Shown: positions 7,653 to 17,216 of the stretch, piece by piece
How the letters are laid out: every line of letters starts with the position of its first letter
How positions within the stretch are numbered: position 1 is the first letter of the stretch
Program-made: the position numbers and the translations under genes
NCBI GenBank assembly: GCA_964566495.1
Contig: CAZMIT010000017.1
Coordinates: 1 to 22,481, forward strand
DNA: 22,481 nucleotides
Reading direction: 5' to 3'
From: an uncultured bacterium
GTDB lineage: Bacteria; T1Sed10-126
The notes under the pieces: model-generated
What the model saw: the letters and a program-made list of their open reading frames with translations, nothing else
Database searches by the model: none
What the model was told of the DNA's origin: nothing

Positions 7653-8711
7653 ATGAATGAAGGAAGTTTGCGTGCGATCAAGTCAAGACTTATAGCCCAA
7701 GAAGAGGAAACTTTAGCAGAAAGTGCCAGCTTTTCCTCGAACACAACCGGCCGTGATAGGTCTGAAACTTCTAATCTTTTCCGGACGTCATTCCAGGTCG
7801 ACCGGGACCGCATAATTCACTCACCTTCTTTTCGTCGTCTGAAATTCAAAACCCAGGTTTTTATTGAGCCCCTGCGCGACGACACGCGGACCCGACTGAC
7901 TCACACTCTTGAGGTAATGCAGATCAGTCGCACTGTTGCCCGGGCCCTGGCGCTGAACGAGGATCTCACAGAGGCGATAGCACTGGGACATGACCTCGGT
8001 CATACTCCCTTTGCTCATATTGGTGAATCGGTACTTGATGAGCTCAGTTCCAGCGGTTTTCACCACAGCAATCAATCGGTAAGGATAGTAGAGAAACTGG
8101 AGAAACAGGGGCAGGGTCTTAATCTGACCGGGGAGGTGAGGGACGGGATTGCAGCCCACTCTAAATCCTCTCGTTCCATCTGTGATCCGGTTAACAACGA
8201 CGTCACGGTCAGCGAGGAGGCCCGGGTCGTCAGACTTTGCGACAGTATCGCCTATTTGAACCATGACATTGAAGATGCAGTTAAGCTGGGTGTATTGACA
8301 GAAGAGAGGCTCCCGGAGGATTTGCTGGATAAACTGGGACACAAAAGTGGCGAGCGAATCTCCCGTTCCGTGGCCGGCATTATTAGAGCCAGCCGCCGCA
8401 ACGGAGAACTGAGCATGGAGGCGTCAGTTCGGCAAGCCACTGATGACTTGCGTGACTTTTTATTTGAAAATTTATATCTGGCTAAAAGTGATTCACCAAT
8501 CAATCATGAAGCACGGCGGGTAATGTGTGAACTTTACAAGTTTTTCCGGCAGAATAAGCATTTAATCTACGAGGAGTTGCCTTTTCTGGCGGAAATAGAC
8601 GATGAGCAGCCAGTAGTTGATTATCTGAGTTTACAGAGTGATCTTTCAATCGCCAGACTTTATCGCCAGTATATTGGTCGTGAATTGAATTATCTCCCGG
8701 CTTATGAATAA
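7653..8711 (+). CDS. dgt: dGTP triphosphohydrolase-like HD protein (short Dgt)
   Basis: FQVDRDRIIHS, FRRLKFKTQVF, RTRLTHTLEV, GHDLGHTPFAH and DSIAYLNHDIED. Confidence 0.9.
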   Translation: MNEGSLRAIKSRLIAQEEETLAESASFSSNTTGRDRSETSNLFRTSFQVDRDRIIHSPSFRRLKFKTQVFIEPLRDDTRTRLTHTLEVMQISRTVARALALNEDLTEAIALGHDLGHTPFAHIGESVLDELSSSGFHHSNQSVRIVEKLEKQGQGLNLTGEVRDGIAAHSKSSRSICDPVNNDVTVSEEARVVRLCDSIAYLNHDIEDAVKLGVLTEERLPEDLLDKLGHKSGERISRSVAGIIRASRRNGELSMEASVRQATDDLRDFLFENLYLAKSDSPINHEARRVMCELYKFFRQNKHLIYEELPFLAEIDDEQPVVDYLSLQSDLSIARLYRQYIGRELNYLPAYE

Positions 8712-8826
8712 TTTTTTCAAAATAAATTTTTATTTGTCAAAAAGTTCTTTAAATTTATGAATGGCAAGGTAGAATAGTATCTTAGCAGGAATAAGGTTAT
8801 CCCAGTCTCACTAAAGTGATTTATTA

Positions 8827-9258
8827 ATGGCAGACAAATCAGTATTAATCGTGGAAGATGCTGTGGTAATAGCCGAGCATCTGAAAATGCTGGTTGAAAA
8901 CCAGGGTTACCGGGTGGCGGGCGTTACAGACAACGGACGGGAAGCGTTGGAGCTTGTCGATAGCGACCCCCCTGATCTCATACTGATGGATATTAAATTA
9001 ATCGGGGACATAGATGGTATTGAGGCGGTGAGACGTCTCAAAGAAAAGCATGGCGAGCAGATTGGCGTGGTTTATGTTACCGCTTACGGTGACGAGGTCA
9101 CCTTGAAGAAGGCTCGCGAGTCGGGAGCCAAAGCCCTGTTTACAAAACCGGTTCGAAAAGAAGCTCTGGACTGGATTCTGCGCTGGTATTTTGAGGACGA
9201 ACAGGAATTATCCTCCACACCTTCCTCTCTACAGGCCTGGTTTTTCAATTCCGAGTAA
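8827..9258 (+). CDS. Stand-alone response regulator receiver domain protein
   Basis: LIVED acidic pocket, PDLILMDI phosphoacceptor, VTA and TKP. Short C-terminal tail with no output domain. Confidence 0.9.
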   Translation: MADKSVLIVEDAVVIAEHLKMLVENQGYRVAGVTDNGREALELVDSDPPDLILMDIKLIGDIDGIEAVRRLKEKHGEQIGVVYVTAYGDEVTLKKARESGAKALFTKPVRKEALDWILRWYFEDEQELSSTPSSLQAWFFNSE

Positions 9259-9288
9259 GCCTGGATTATTTTGAATTTGACAAATCCT

Positions 9289-9317
9289 TTGAAAAAAATC
9301 AAAAACACATATAAACT
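9289..9317 (+). promoter_or_regulatory. Putative sigma70 promoter of gatCAB
   Basis: TTGAAA (9289-9294), 17-nt spacer, TAAACT (9312-9317). Confidence 0.5.
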
Positions 9318-9331
9318 AAACCCCTGTAGCT

Positions 9332-9395
9332 TTTCGCCTCCAGTGGGTAGGAGCCTTTTTGGCCTCCTCGGGAGGCTCTGGTTGTTAAGGCGAAA
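9332..9395 (+). promoter_or_regulatory. Structured gatC leader (multi-stem RNA)
   Basis: TTTCGCCT (9332-9339) pairs with AGGCGAAA (9388-9395). Inner CCAG/CTGG and GAGCCT/AGGCTC pairings, with an alternative GCCTCC-TCG-GGAGGC hairpin. Confidence 0.45.
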
Positions 9396-9461
9396 TTTAA
9401 TAATAATAATGACTCTTTAATTAATACTCTGTGAACTAAAAGAACTTTGGGAGGCGCAAAT

Positions 9462-9752
9462 ATGTCTGTCGTCGATCAGGAGATATCAGATCTTGCACAG
9501 TTGGCCCGGCTTAATCTGACTCCGGAGGAAAAAGAAGAAATGGGCGAGGATTTGAAAGAGATACTGGAATTTGCGGAGAAAATTAACGAGGTAGATACAG
9601 AGGGTATAGAACCTACCTATCACGCTCTGCCGCTCACTAACGTCTTCAGAGAAGACGAGGAGCGTCCCTCCCCCTCACCGGCCTCGGCGCTTGAAAATTC
9701 CGCCGCGAGTGTAGACGGCTATTTTGTTGTCCCCCAGGTGATTGAAGAGTAA
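9462..9752 (+). CDS. gatC: Asp/Glu-tRNA amidotransferase subunit C
   Basis: LAQLARL...INEVDTEGIEPT...FREDE...YFVVPQV. ATG at 9462 after GGAGG, directly upstream of gatA. Confidence 0.95.
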   Translation: MSVVDQEISDLAQLARLNLTPEEKEEMGEDLKEILEFAEKINEVDTEGIEPTYHALPLTNVFREDEERPSPSPASALENSAASVDGYFVVPQVIEE

Positions 9753-11212
9753 TGGAATCTGAATTAGTGGACCTTTCCCTGGTCGAACTTTTAAAAAAAT
9801 TAAAAAACGGCACGATTACTTCCGCCGAAGTGGTTGAAACGTCTATCAATCGTTACCGGGAACTTGACGATGAATTAAATTCCTTCGTCTCTTTTTATCC
9901 GGAGGACTCTCTGCAGTCTGCTCGAGAAATAAGTGCGGCGGATGCCGAAGAGCCGTTGGCCGGGATACCGCTGGCAATCAAAGACAATCTCTGTCGAGCG
10001 GGATATGAGACGACCTGTGGTTCAGAGATATTAGAGGGGCATCGGCCACCTTACAGTGCGACAACAGTAGATACCGTAGAAGAGGCCGGTGCTATTATCG
10101 TTGGCAACGCTAACATGGACGAGTTTGCGATGGGGTCTTCCACGGAAAACAGTGCTTACGGGCCGACGAGCAATCCCTGGGATAGCGATCGTGTCCCAGG
10201 CGGGTCCAGTGGTGGCTCAGCCGCTGCCGTGGCAGCGGGGATCGTGCCCGCCGCTCTCGGTTCCGATACCGGTGGCTCTATTCGACAGCCGGCGGCTTTC
10301 AATGGGGTTGTAGGGGTAAAGCCTACTTATGGCCGCGTGAGCCGCTACGGGCTGATTGCTTTTGCGTCATCACTCGATCAGATAGGACCGCTGGCTCGCA
10401 CGGTTGAAGACGCGGCTCTTTTGACTGAGATTATTAGCGGTCATGATCCAGCCGATAGCACTTCGCTTGACCAGCCGGTTCCCGAGTATCATGAAAATCT
10501 TAACCCGGAGGCGGCGGATTTAAAAGTCGGAATACCGGCTGAATATTTTGGTGAGGGAGTGGACGAAGAAGTCGAAGCGATTGTTCGTCAGGCAGCCGCT
10601 GATCTGGCGGGAGAAGGTGCAGAGCTGGTGGACGTTAACCTGCCCTCAACAGAACAGGCAATATCCGCCTATTACGTGATTGCAACAGCCGAGGCGAGCA
10701 GTAATCTGGCCCGCTTCGACGGCGTTCAATACGGCCCCCGGGCAGAAGAATTTGAGGACATGATTGACATGTATTCTCAGACGCGGGCCGAGGGCTTTGG
10801 TTCCGAAGTTAAGCGTCGTATAATGCTGGGTACCTATGTCCTATCCAGCGGCTATTACGAGGCCTACTACGGGAAAGCTCAGAAGGTTCGGACACTGATC
10901 AAACAGGACTTTGAAAACGTTTTTGAGGAGTGTGACATGCTTCTGACTCCTACTGCCCCGACCGTTGCTTTTGAACTGGGTGCAAGAGTAGACGATCCCG
11001 TGCAGATGTATATGAATGACGTCTTAACGGCGCCTACTAATTTGGCCGGTCTCCCGGCTATAACTCTACCGGTTGATTCTAACTCTAACGGTTTGCCGGT
11101 GGGCGCGCAGTTAATTGGGCCGTCGCTTACCGAACAAAAGTTGTTTAATACCGCATATTTATTGCAGGAAATATCTCCCTGGGAGCCACGCCCCGCTCCC
11201 CTGAAAGTATGA
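9752..11212 (+). CDS. gatA: Asp/Glu-tRNA amidotransferase subunit A
   Basis: Amidase signature [34 protein letters not shown], plus [10 protein letters not shown]. Confidence 0.98.
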   Translation: MESELVDLSLVELLKKLKNGTITSAEVVETSINRYRELDDELNSFVSFYPEDSLQSAREISAADAEEPLAGIPLAIKDNLCRAGYETTCGSEILEGHRPPYSATTVDTVEEAGAIIVGNANMDEFAMGSSTENSAYGPTSNPWDSDRVPGGSSGGSAAAVAAGIVPAALGSDTGGSIRQPAAFNGVVGVKPTYGRVSRYGLIAFASSLDQIGPLARTVEDAALLTEIISGHDPADSTSLDQPVPEYHENLNPEAADLKVGIPAEYFGEGVDEEVEAIVRQAAADLAGEGAELVDVNLPSTEQAISAYYVIATAEASSNLARFDGVQYGPRAEEFEDMIDMYSQTRAEGFGSEVKRRIMLGTYVLSSGYYEAYYGKAQKVRTLIKQDFENVFEECDMLLTPTAPTVAFELGARVDDPVQMYMNDVLTAPTNLAGLPAITLPVDSNSNGLPVGAQLIGPSLTEQKLFNTAYLLQEISPWEPRPAPLKV

Positions 11213-11227
11213 ATTGGTGATTATAGT

Positions 11228-12649
11228 ATGAACGATGAAATTATAATTGGTCTCGAAGTTCACGTGCAGTTGAAGACGAAAAGTAAGCTCTTTTGCGGCT
11301 GTAGCACCGAGTTTGGAGCGGAACCGAACGAAAACACCTGTCCTATCTGCCTGGGCTGGCCGGGGACTCTGCCTGTTCTCAACCGCCGGGCTGTAGAGTT
11401 TGGAATGCTGGCCGCTCTGTCGCTGAACTGTGAAATTAACGAGGATATCAAATTTGATCGCAAAAATTATTTTTACCCGGATCTTCCGAAGGCTTACCAG
11501 ATTAGTCAGTATGACATGCCTCTGGCCGAGGAGGGGTTGGTAGAGGTCGAGCTTGACGGTGGGACAAGCGAGGTAGGTATTGAAAGGCTGCATCTGGAAG
11601 AAGATGCCGGCAAGCTCGTTCACTCCGAAGCCGGCGCCGAATCTTATGTTGATTACAACCGGACTTCCGTGCCGCTGGCGGAGATAGTGACGAAACCGGA
11701 TATAACCTCTCCCGAACAGGCCGAGGTCTTTTTGCGTTCTCTCAAGCAGCGGATGGAATATCTTGGCGTCAGTGACTGTAACATGGAGGAGGGGAGCTTG
11801 CGCTGTGACGCCAACCTTTCAGTGCGAACTCCCGAGGGGGAGCTGGGTACAAAGACGGAAGTGAAGAACATGAACAGTTTTAAAGGGGTGAAAAAAGCTC
11901 TTGCTTACGAGGCCCGTCGCCAGAAGAAGCTACTTTCCTCGGGGGGCGAAGTTGTTCAGGAGACGAGGCTCTGGGACGAGGCAGAGGAGGTTACTCGGGA
12001 AATGCGATCGAAGGAAGCAGCTCACGACTACCGCTATTTCCCCGAACCAGACCTTGTACCGGTAAAAATTGGAAGTGATTGGCAGAAGGAAATGAGAGAG
12101 CGCCTGCCGGAGATGCCAGAAGAAAAATATAACCGTTTTAAAACTGAATATGGTCTGCCGGAAGAGGCGATTGAAACATTAACTGCTGTCCGGCCGCTGG
12201 CCGATTTCTTTGAACAGGCGGTGACTGCCGATATTGCTCCCCGGTCGGTCAGCAACCTGATAATTTCCGATCTGAAGCGTGAGATGAATGAGCGTGACTG
12301 GACAGTCGAAGATGTTAATATAAGACCAGAAAACATTACGGCTATCGCCCGGATGTTTGAGGACGATGTTATCAGTAGCAACGTCTGTTCCGAACTGATA
12401 GCTGAGCTGGTGGAATCGGGAGGAGATCCTGAAGCCATAGTTGAGGAACGTGACCTGAAACAAATTTCCGATGCCGGAGAGTTGGAAGCTATAATTGATG
12501 AGGTTATAAAGGAGAACCCGGATGCGGTTGAGGATATTCGCAGTGGCGCTGACCAGGCGATTGGTTTCTTAATCGGTCAGGTGATGCAAAAAACCCAGGG
12601 GCAGGCTGATCCTGCCCAGGCCAGGAAAATGTTACAGGAACGTATTTAG
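11228..12649 (+). CDS. gatB: Asp/Glu-tRNA amidotransferase subunit B
   Basis: IGLEVHVQL, KNYFYPDLPKAYQISQ, HLEEDAGK, YRYFPEPDL and a Yqey-like tail. Confidence 0.98.
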   Translation: MNDEIIIGLEVHVQLKTKSKLFCGCSTEFGAEPNENTCPICLGWPGTLPVLNRRAVEFGMLAALSLNCEINEDIKFDRKNYFYPDLPKAYQISQYDMPLAEEGLVEVELDGGTSEVGIERLHLEEDAGKLVHSEAGAESYVDYNRTSVPLAEIVTKPDITSPEQAEVFLRSLKQRMEYLGVSDCNMEEGSLRCDANLSVRTPEGELGTKTEVKNMNSFKGVKKALAYEARRQKKLLSSGGEVVQETRLWDEAEEVTREMRSKEAAHDYRYFPEPDLVPVKIGSDWQKEMRERLPEMPEEKYNRFKTEYGLPEEAIETLTAVRPLADFFEQAVTADIAPRSVSNLIISDLKREMNERDWTVEDVNIRPENITAIARMFEDDVISSNVCSELIAELVESGGDPEAIVEERDLKQISDAGELEAIIDEVIKENPDAVEDIRSGADQAIGFLIGQVMQKTQGQADPAQARKMLQERI

Positions 12650-12680
12650 CCAGACTACCACTTGGGAGTTGGTTTACACT

Positions 12681-13868
12681 ATGCGTGCTGGAAAAAAATT
12701 CGGGTTTAAATTTCTCTTAATCTTAATATTCTGGGGCATTATTGCCGGTTTTATTGTCGGCTATTTAGTCGAGATAGGTCTCGATCACCTCGATTATCCA
12801 GTTATTGAGCCCTACGCTGGTGCTCCGATTGGGGCCGGTATTGGCTTTGTTATGGCGCTGCTTGCTTATCTTACCTGTCGCCGGGTGCTTTTCGATTACA
12901 TAACTGATCTGCGGGAAGAGCTGGCTACCATAGGTGAGCTGCCCTTCGGCATTGATGAAGATTTAAACCTTCCCGACCAGGCGAGTGCTTTCTACGGTTT
13001 ATTTGAATACGAAGTTTCGAAGCTGGCGGAATACAGGGACCGGCTGCACGAGCTTTCCGATCATTCTAAACGGGTTATAGAAGACGCCGGTCGCCGTGAT
13101 ATGTCTCCGTTGAGACGTTACCTTGAGCTGCTTGACGAAAAGCTGGATAAAGTTGCCGCGGTCGATCGTGACCTCGAGAGCATTCAGTCCTGGATACAAG
13201 ACGAGATCTTACCGGTAGCCCAGGTTGATTTTGACCCGCTGGAGCTCGAGCAGATGGAAGAGTTTGAGAGTATGATTGAATTCCAACAGGATCTTGAAAA
13301 GACCCTGCAGGAAGCGGAAAGACGTGTCAAGGAGGCAAAAAATACTGTACTGCCCTGGGGGGAAGGACCGGAAAAATTACGTGATGGAATCGAACAGGCC
13401 AACCAGCTGCTGTTAGAGATGAGTGAGCTTTTCCGGGAATTTCCCACTGAGACCCTGCCCGAGCAGGCTGAAACTTTGCGACAGCACACGCAGCGCTGGG
13501 ATCGTCTGGCAGAAAAAATAGAGGATGGTTTCAACTCGCTGGTAGACAGTCTTGACAGCTCCCACAGTGCGCTGAGTGATTTTTCTAAGCAAGCAAGTAG
13601 GGCCACACCACCACCTTCGGTATGGAAAAACCTTAAAGACGAACTAACTGCCGTCGATAATAAAGTAAACCGACTTAGAGAGCTAACTGGAGAGAATTGG
13701 ACGTCGAGCTTGAAAAATCACGTTAAAAAATTACGTGATCAAATTTACTGGATAGAAGAAGCTCTACATGAGCTTCGAGAAGAGACTAAGGCAGAGGTTG
13801 AAACAGTAAGCGCCCTCGACGGTCTAGCTGCAGAGCTTGAAAAATTTATCTCTGCAGGAGAAGAGTAG
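12681..13868 (+). CDS. Two-TM, long coiled-coil membrane protein; degenerate methyl-accepting chemotaxis protein-like
   Basis: Two N-terminal hydrophobic helices then heptad-rich helices. IEQANQLLLE...AETLRQHTQR weakly parallels the MCP tip. Start could also be the TTG at 12669. Confidence 0.6.
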   Translation: MRAGKKFGFKFLLILIFWGIIAGFIVGYLVEIGLDHLDYPVIEPYAGAPIGAGIGFVMALLAYLTCRRVLFDYITDLREELATIGELPFGIDEDLNLPDQASAFYGLFEYEVSKLAEYRDRLHELSDHSKRVIEDAGRRDMSPLRRYLELLDEKLDKVAAVDRDLESIQSWIQDEILPVAQVDFDPLELEQMEEFESMIEFQQDLEKTLQEAERRVKEAKNTVLPWGEGPEKLRDGIEQANQLLLEMSELFREFPTETLPEQAETLRQHTQRWDRLAEKIEDGFNSLVDSLDSSHSALSDFSKQASRATPPPSVWKNLKDELTAVDNKVNRLRELTGENWTSSLKNHVKKLRDQIYWIEEALHELREETKAEVETVSALDGLAAELEKFISAGEE

Positions 13869-13888
13869 ACCTTGCAGCAAAAAAATGC

Positions 13889-13916
13889 TAAAGTTTCGGT
13901 CAAGGAGGGCCGATTA
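13889..13916 (+). promoter_or_regulatory. Sigma28 (FliA/SigD) promoter
   Basis: TAAAGTTT (13889-13896) and GCCGATTA (13909-13916), i.e. TAAA-N16-GCCGAT, directly upstream of flgM. Confidence 0.85.
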
Positions 13917-13941
13917 ATTAAAACAAGGGAGGTTGTTACCA

Positions 13942-14247
13942 ATGAGCATTGAAGGCGTCACAAGCGCACAAATTATTCGCCGGTTAAAAGGCGTTCAGCA
14001 GTCGTCAGAGTCTGACGGCGCCGGTCGCACCCAGGCTGCCGGTGGCGATCAGCTTGACATTTCCGGTGACGCCCGCTTCGCTCGCACGCTTGCCAGGGTC
14101 CAGGATCGTATTAATGAGACACCTGAGGTTCGGCAAGATCGTGTAGCTGAAGTTCAAGAACGGCTGGAGAGCGGCTACTACGACTCAGATGAAGTAATCG
14201 AAGACGTAGCCGACAACATCGCAGCCGTTTTTCTTGGCGAACAGTAA
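13942..14247 (+). CDS. flgM: Flagellar anti-sigma28 factor FlgM
   Basis: DQLDIS, PEVRQDRVAEVQERLESGYY and VADNI fit the FlgM C-terminal pattern. Sigma28 promoter and GGAGG RBS upstream. Confidence 0.85.
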   Translation: MSIEGVTSAQIIRRLKGVQQSSESDGAGRTQAAGGDQLDISGDARFARTLARVQDRINETPEVRQDRVAEVQERLESGYYDSDEVIEDVADNIAAVFLGEQ

Positions 14248-14295
14248 TTTTCCGTAGAGTTATTCCGAATCATCTCTAAGGCCCTTATATTGTCT

Positions 14296-14329
14296 GCCCC
14301 GGGTAGGCTCCTACCCGGGGCTTTATTTT
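14296..14329 (+). terminator. Intrinsic terminator after flgM
   Basis: GCCCCGGGTAG-GCTC-CTACCCGGGGC followed by TTTATTTT. Confidence 0.88.
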
Positions 14330-14450
14330 CTCTCATTCGCTGTCGCTCCCTTCTTCTCGAAATTCATTTTAATAGATATAATTAACCTTCCTCTTGCATC
14401 CAACGTATAATTCGATCTCTGTAATTTGAAAATTTAAATGAGGTGTAGTT

Positions 14451-17216
14451 ATGAATTACTCTGAAACTATCAATTTGCCCCGCACTAATTTTTCAATGAA
14501 AGCCGGGTTGAGTGAGAATGAACCGCGGCGTCTGGAGAAGTGGCAGGGAGAAGATCTATATCAGAAAATGCTGGACAACCGGGAAAATTGTGAGAGGTTC
14601 ATACTCCACGATGGTCCCCCCTATGCCAACGGCGACATTCATATCGGACATGCTTTAAACAAAATTCTTAAGGACATCCTGGTAAAATTTAAGACCCTCC
14701 AGGGTTTTTACGCTCCATACGTGCCCGGTTGGGACTGTCACGGCCTGCCAATAGAACACGAGGTAACGACTGAAGACCCGGAGTTGAAGGAAGAGGGGAC
14801 CGAAGCGGTCCGTGCCGCCTGTGAAGCCTATTCGCTTAAATATGTTGAGCATCAGCTTGAGCAATTCAATCGACTCGGCGTTACAGGTGACTGGGACGAT
14901 CCTTATTTAACTCTTAATCCAGAATACGAAGCCGAGATTTTACGTTCTTTTTTGCGCCTGGTCGAGGATAATTTCATTTACCGCCAGCTTAAACCAATTC
15001 ACTGGTGCTGGGACTGTGAAACTGCGCTTGCCGAGGCAGAGGTCGAATACGATTCCATAAAATCGCCTTCTATTTATGTAGATTTTAAAGTTATTGAGGA
15101 TCCAAACCACGTTCTCAAAAGCAATGAAGCTAACGTTATGATCTGGACTACAACTCCCTGGACATTGCCGGCTAACGTTGCTGTTGCAGTTCACCCGGAG
15201 ATCAACTACGTAGAGTTTCGTGATCCGTCCGGGACTGTTCACCTACTGGCTGAGCGGCTGCTGGCTCCCACAGTTAGTCGTCGTGACTGGACAACTGCTG
15301 ACGTTGACGTCCTTGGGACCTACGAGGGTAGTGAACTGGAAGACTTAGTCTGTGCTCATCCATTAATGGAAAATCGTGCCTCCCGGGTTGTTTCCTCTAA
15401 AATTGTCACCCTGGAACAGGGAACGGGATGTGTACATATTGCCCCCGGACATGGACAGGAGGACTTTGAGCTGGGGCAGGAGTATGACCTTCCGGTAGTT
15501 TCTCCCGTCAATGACCGGGGTGAATTTACTGAGGAATATGGGCCCCAGGCCGGCGTTCACGTACTCACTGCCCAGGATAGAATAAACGAAGAACTGTCTG
15601 ATAAGGGAACGCTATTCCATGAAGAAAAAATTGAACACTCTTATCCATTCTGCTGGCGCTGCGATAAACCTGTTATTTTCAGGGCTACCCCCCAGTGGTT
15701 TCTTGACGTCGATCACCACAACCTGCGCCAGGACGTGCTCGAGTCTCTTAATAATATTAGCTGGTATCCGCCACGCTCGCGGAAACGTTTTCAGTCAATG
15801 GTCGAGGGTCGTCCGGACTGGTGTCTTTCCCGTCAGCGTGACTGGGGCGTTCCAATTCCGGCCGTATCATGTCAGGATTGTGGAGAAGCACTGCTGGTCC
15901 CCGAGTTAATAGAATCTTTAATTGAAGTCGTGGAAAGTGAAGGCAGCGACGTGTGGTTTCAAAAATCTGTGGATCGTTTTCTTCCCGCCACTTATCAGTG
16001 CCCTGAGTGTGGTGGTGACGATTTTACCAAGTCAGAGGATATCCTGGACGTCTGGTTTGATTCTGGAGTTAGTCACCTGGCTGTGCTAAAAAATAGGGAG
16101 GACCTAAGCTGGCCCGCGGATGTCTATCTTGAGGGCAGTGATCAACACCGCGGCTGGTTCCAGCTCTCGATGTTACCGTCAATGGCGCTTGAGGAAGCGC
16201 CCCCTTTCAGAGAAGTGATTACAAATGGTTTTGTGGTCGATGAAGACGGCAAAAAAATGAGTAAATCCCGGGGCAACGTGGTTTCGCCGCTGGAAGTGGC
16301 GGAGGAGGACGGCGCTGATATACTCCGTCTATGGGTGGCCAGCGAGGACTATAGCGAAGACGTTCGACTGGGCGAGAATCTGCTGGAACAGGTTCGAACT
16401 AAATACCGACGAATTAGAAATATCTGTAAATTTTTCTTGGGGAATCTGCAGGATTTTGACGGTTTCAGTCCCGAAGAAGATTTGATTTCTCACTCAAATT
16501 TACATCCGGTGGATCGCTGGTTTGTCAGCGAACTGTATGGGCTTATTCATCGCGTCACCCGCGCCTATGAAGAACGCGAGTTTCACGCGGCGATGAGCGA
16601 AGTAAACAATTTCTGTGCGAATGAGGCCTCGGCGCTCTTTCTGGATATCACCAAGGACCGGCTTTACTGCGACGGCGCTGATTCAGCAAGCCGCCGAAGT
16701 GCTCAGACGGCCGTTTATCACGGGGTTAAGACTATAACTCGTTTAATTGCTCCGGTGCTTGTTTTTACTGCCGACGAGGTTTGGGAGTATTTTAATGAGG
16801 AATCCGTTCATCTCAGTGACTGGCCCGAAGCTAATTCCGACTGGGAGGACAAAGACCTGGTGGCTGATTTTGATCGCCTCCGGCGTGTCCGTGAGGAGGT
16901 TTCTCGAACCATCGAAGAGCATCCTGAAGTGGGGTCTTCGGATGAAGCGTCGGTTACAATTTTCTGGCCCAAGGTGGAGTCGCTCTTGTTGGAATACGAG
17001 TCTATTTTGCCCGAGTGGTTAATCTGTGCCGATGTAACGGTTGTAAAGGGGAGTTCCAGACGTGATATTGAGGTTGAGCCCACTGACAACAAGAAGTGTG
17101 AGCGCTGCTGGCGTTACAGAGACCACGTTGAAGCACGTCAGGATGTGGAAGGTGATTTGCTCTGTGAACGTTGTTATAAAGTGCTATCCGAACAGGGTAA
17201 AGTGAATGAAGGTTGA
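14451..17216 (+). CDS. ileS: Isoleucine--tRNA ligase (type 1)
   Basis: HDGPPYANG, HIGH, GWDCHGLPIE, WTTTPWT, SRQRDWG, KMSKS and C-terminal CERC...CERC zinc site. Confidence 0.99.
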   Translation: MNYSETINLPRTNFSMKAGLSENEPRRLEKWQGEDLYQKMLDNRENCERFILHDGPPYANGDIHIGHALNKILKDILVKFKTLQGFYAPYVPGWDCHGLPIEHEVTTEDPELKEEGTEAVRAACEAYSLKYVEHQLEQFNRLGVTGDWDDPYLTLNPEYEAEILRSFLRLVEDNFIYRQLKPIHWCWDCETALAEAEVEYDSIKSPSIYVDFKVIEDPNHVLKSNEANVMIWTTTPWTLPANVAVAVHPEINYVEFRDPSGTVHLLAERLLAPTVSRRDWTTADVDVLGTYEGSELEDLVCAHPLMENRASRVVSSKIVTLEQGTGCVHIAPGHGQEDFELGQEYDLPVVSPVNDRGEFTEEYGPQAGVHVLTAQDRINEELSDKGTLFHEEKIEHSYPFCWRCDKPVIFRATPQWFLDVDHHNLRQDVLESLNNISWYPPRSRKRFQSMVEGRPDWCLSRQRDWGVPIPAVSCQDCGEALLVPELIESLIEVVESEGSDVWFQKSVDRFLPATYQCPECGGDDFTKSEDILDVWFDSGVSHLAVLKNREDLSWPADVYLEGSDQHRGWFQLSMLPSMALEEAPPFREVITNGFVVDEDGKKMSKSRGNVVSPLEVAEEDGADILRLWVASEDYSEDVRLGENLLEQVRTKYRRIRNICKFFLGNLQDFDGFSPEEDLISHSNLHPVDRWFVSELYGLIHRVTRAYEEREFHAAMSEVNNFCANEASALFLDITKDRLYCDGADSASRRSAQTAVYHGVKTITRLIAPVLVFTADEVWEYFNEESVHLSDWPEANSDWEDKDLVADFDRLRRVREEVSRTIEEHPEVGSSDEASVTIFWPKVESLLLEYESILPEWLICADVTVVKGSSRRDIEVEPTDNKKCERCWRYRDHVEARQDVEGDLLCERCYKVLSEQGKVNEG

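Noticed and set aside
290..8711. Genomic island or prophage integrated at tRNA-Asp
   Set aside because: No integrase or phage genes, no distal tRNA 3' copy seen, and the genes are metabolic types.
7166..8711. Dedicated anti-phage dCTP deaminase/dGTPase pair
   Set aside because: Cdd is the small tetrameric nucleoside type with no kinase domain, and Dgt is the short housekeeping-like form; no defence-island context.
14330..14450. T-box riboswitch upstream of ileS
   Set aside because: Region is too short and AT-rich and lacks the GGTGGNACCGCG motif; only -10-like TATAAT hexamers at 14377 and 14406.
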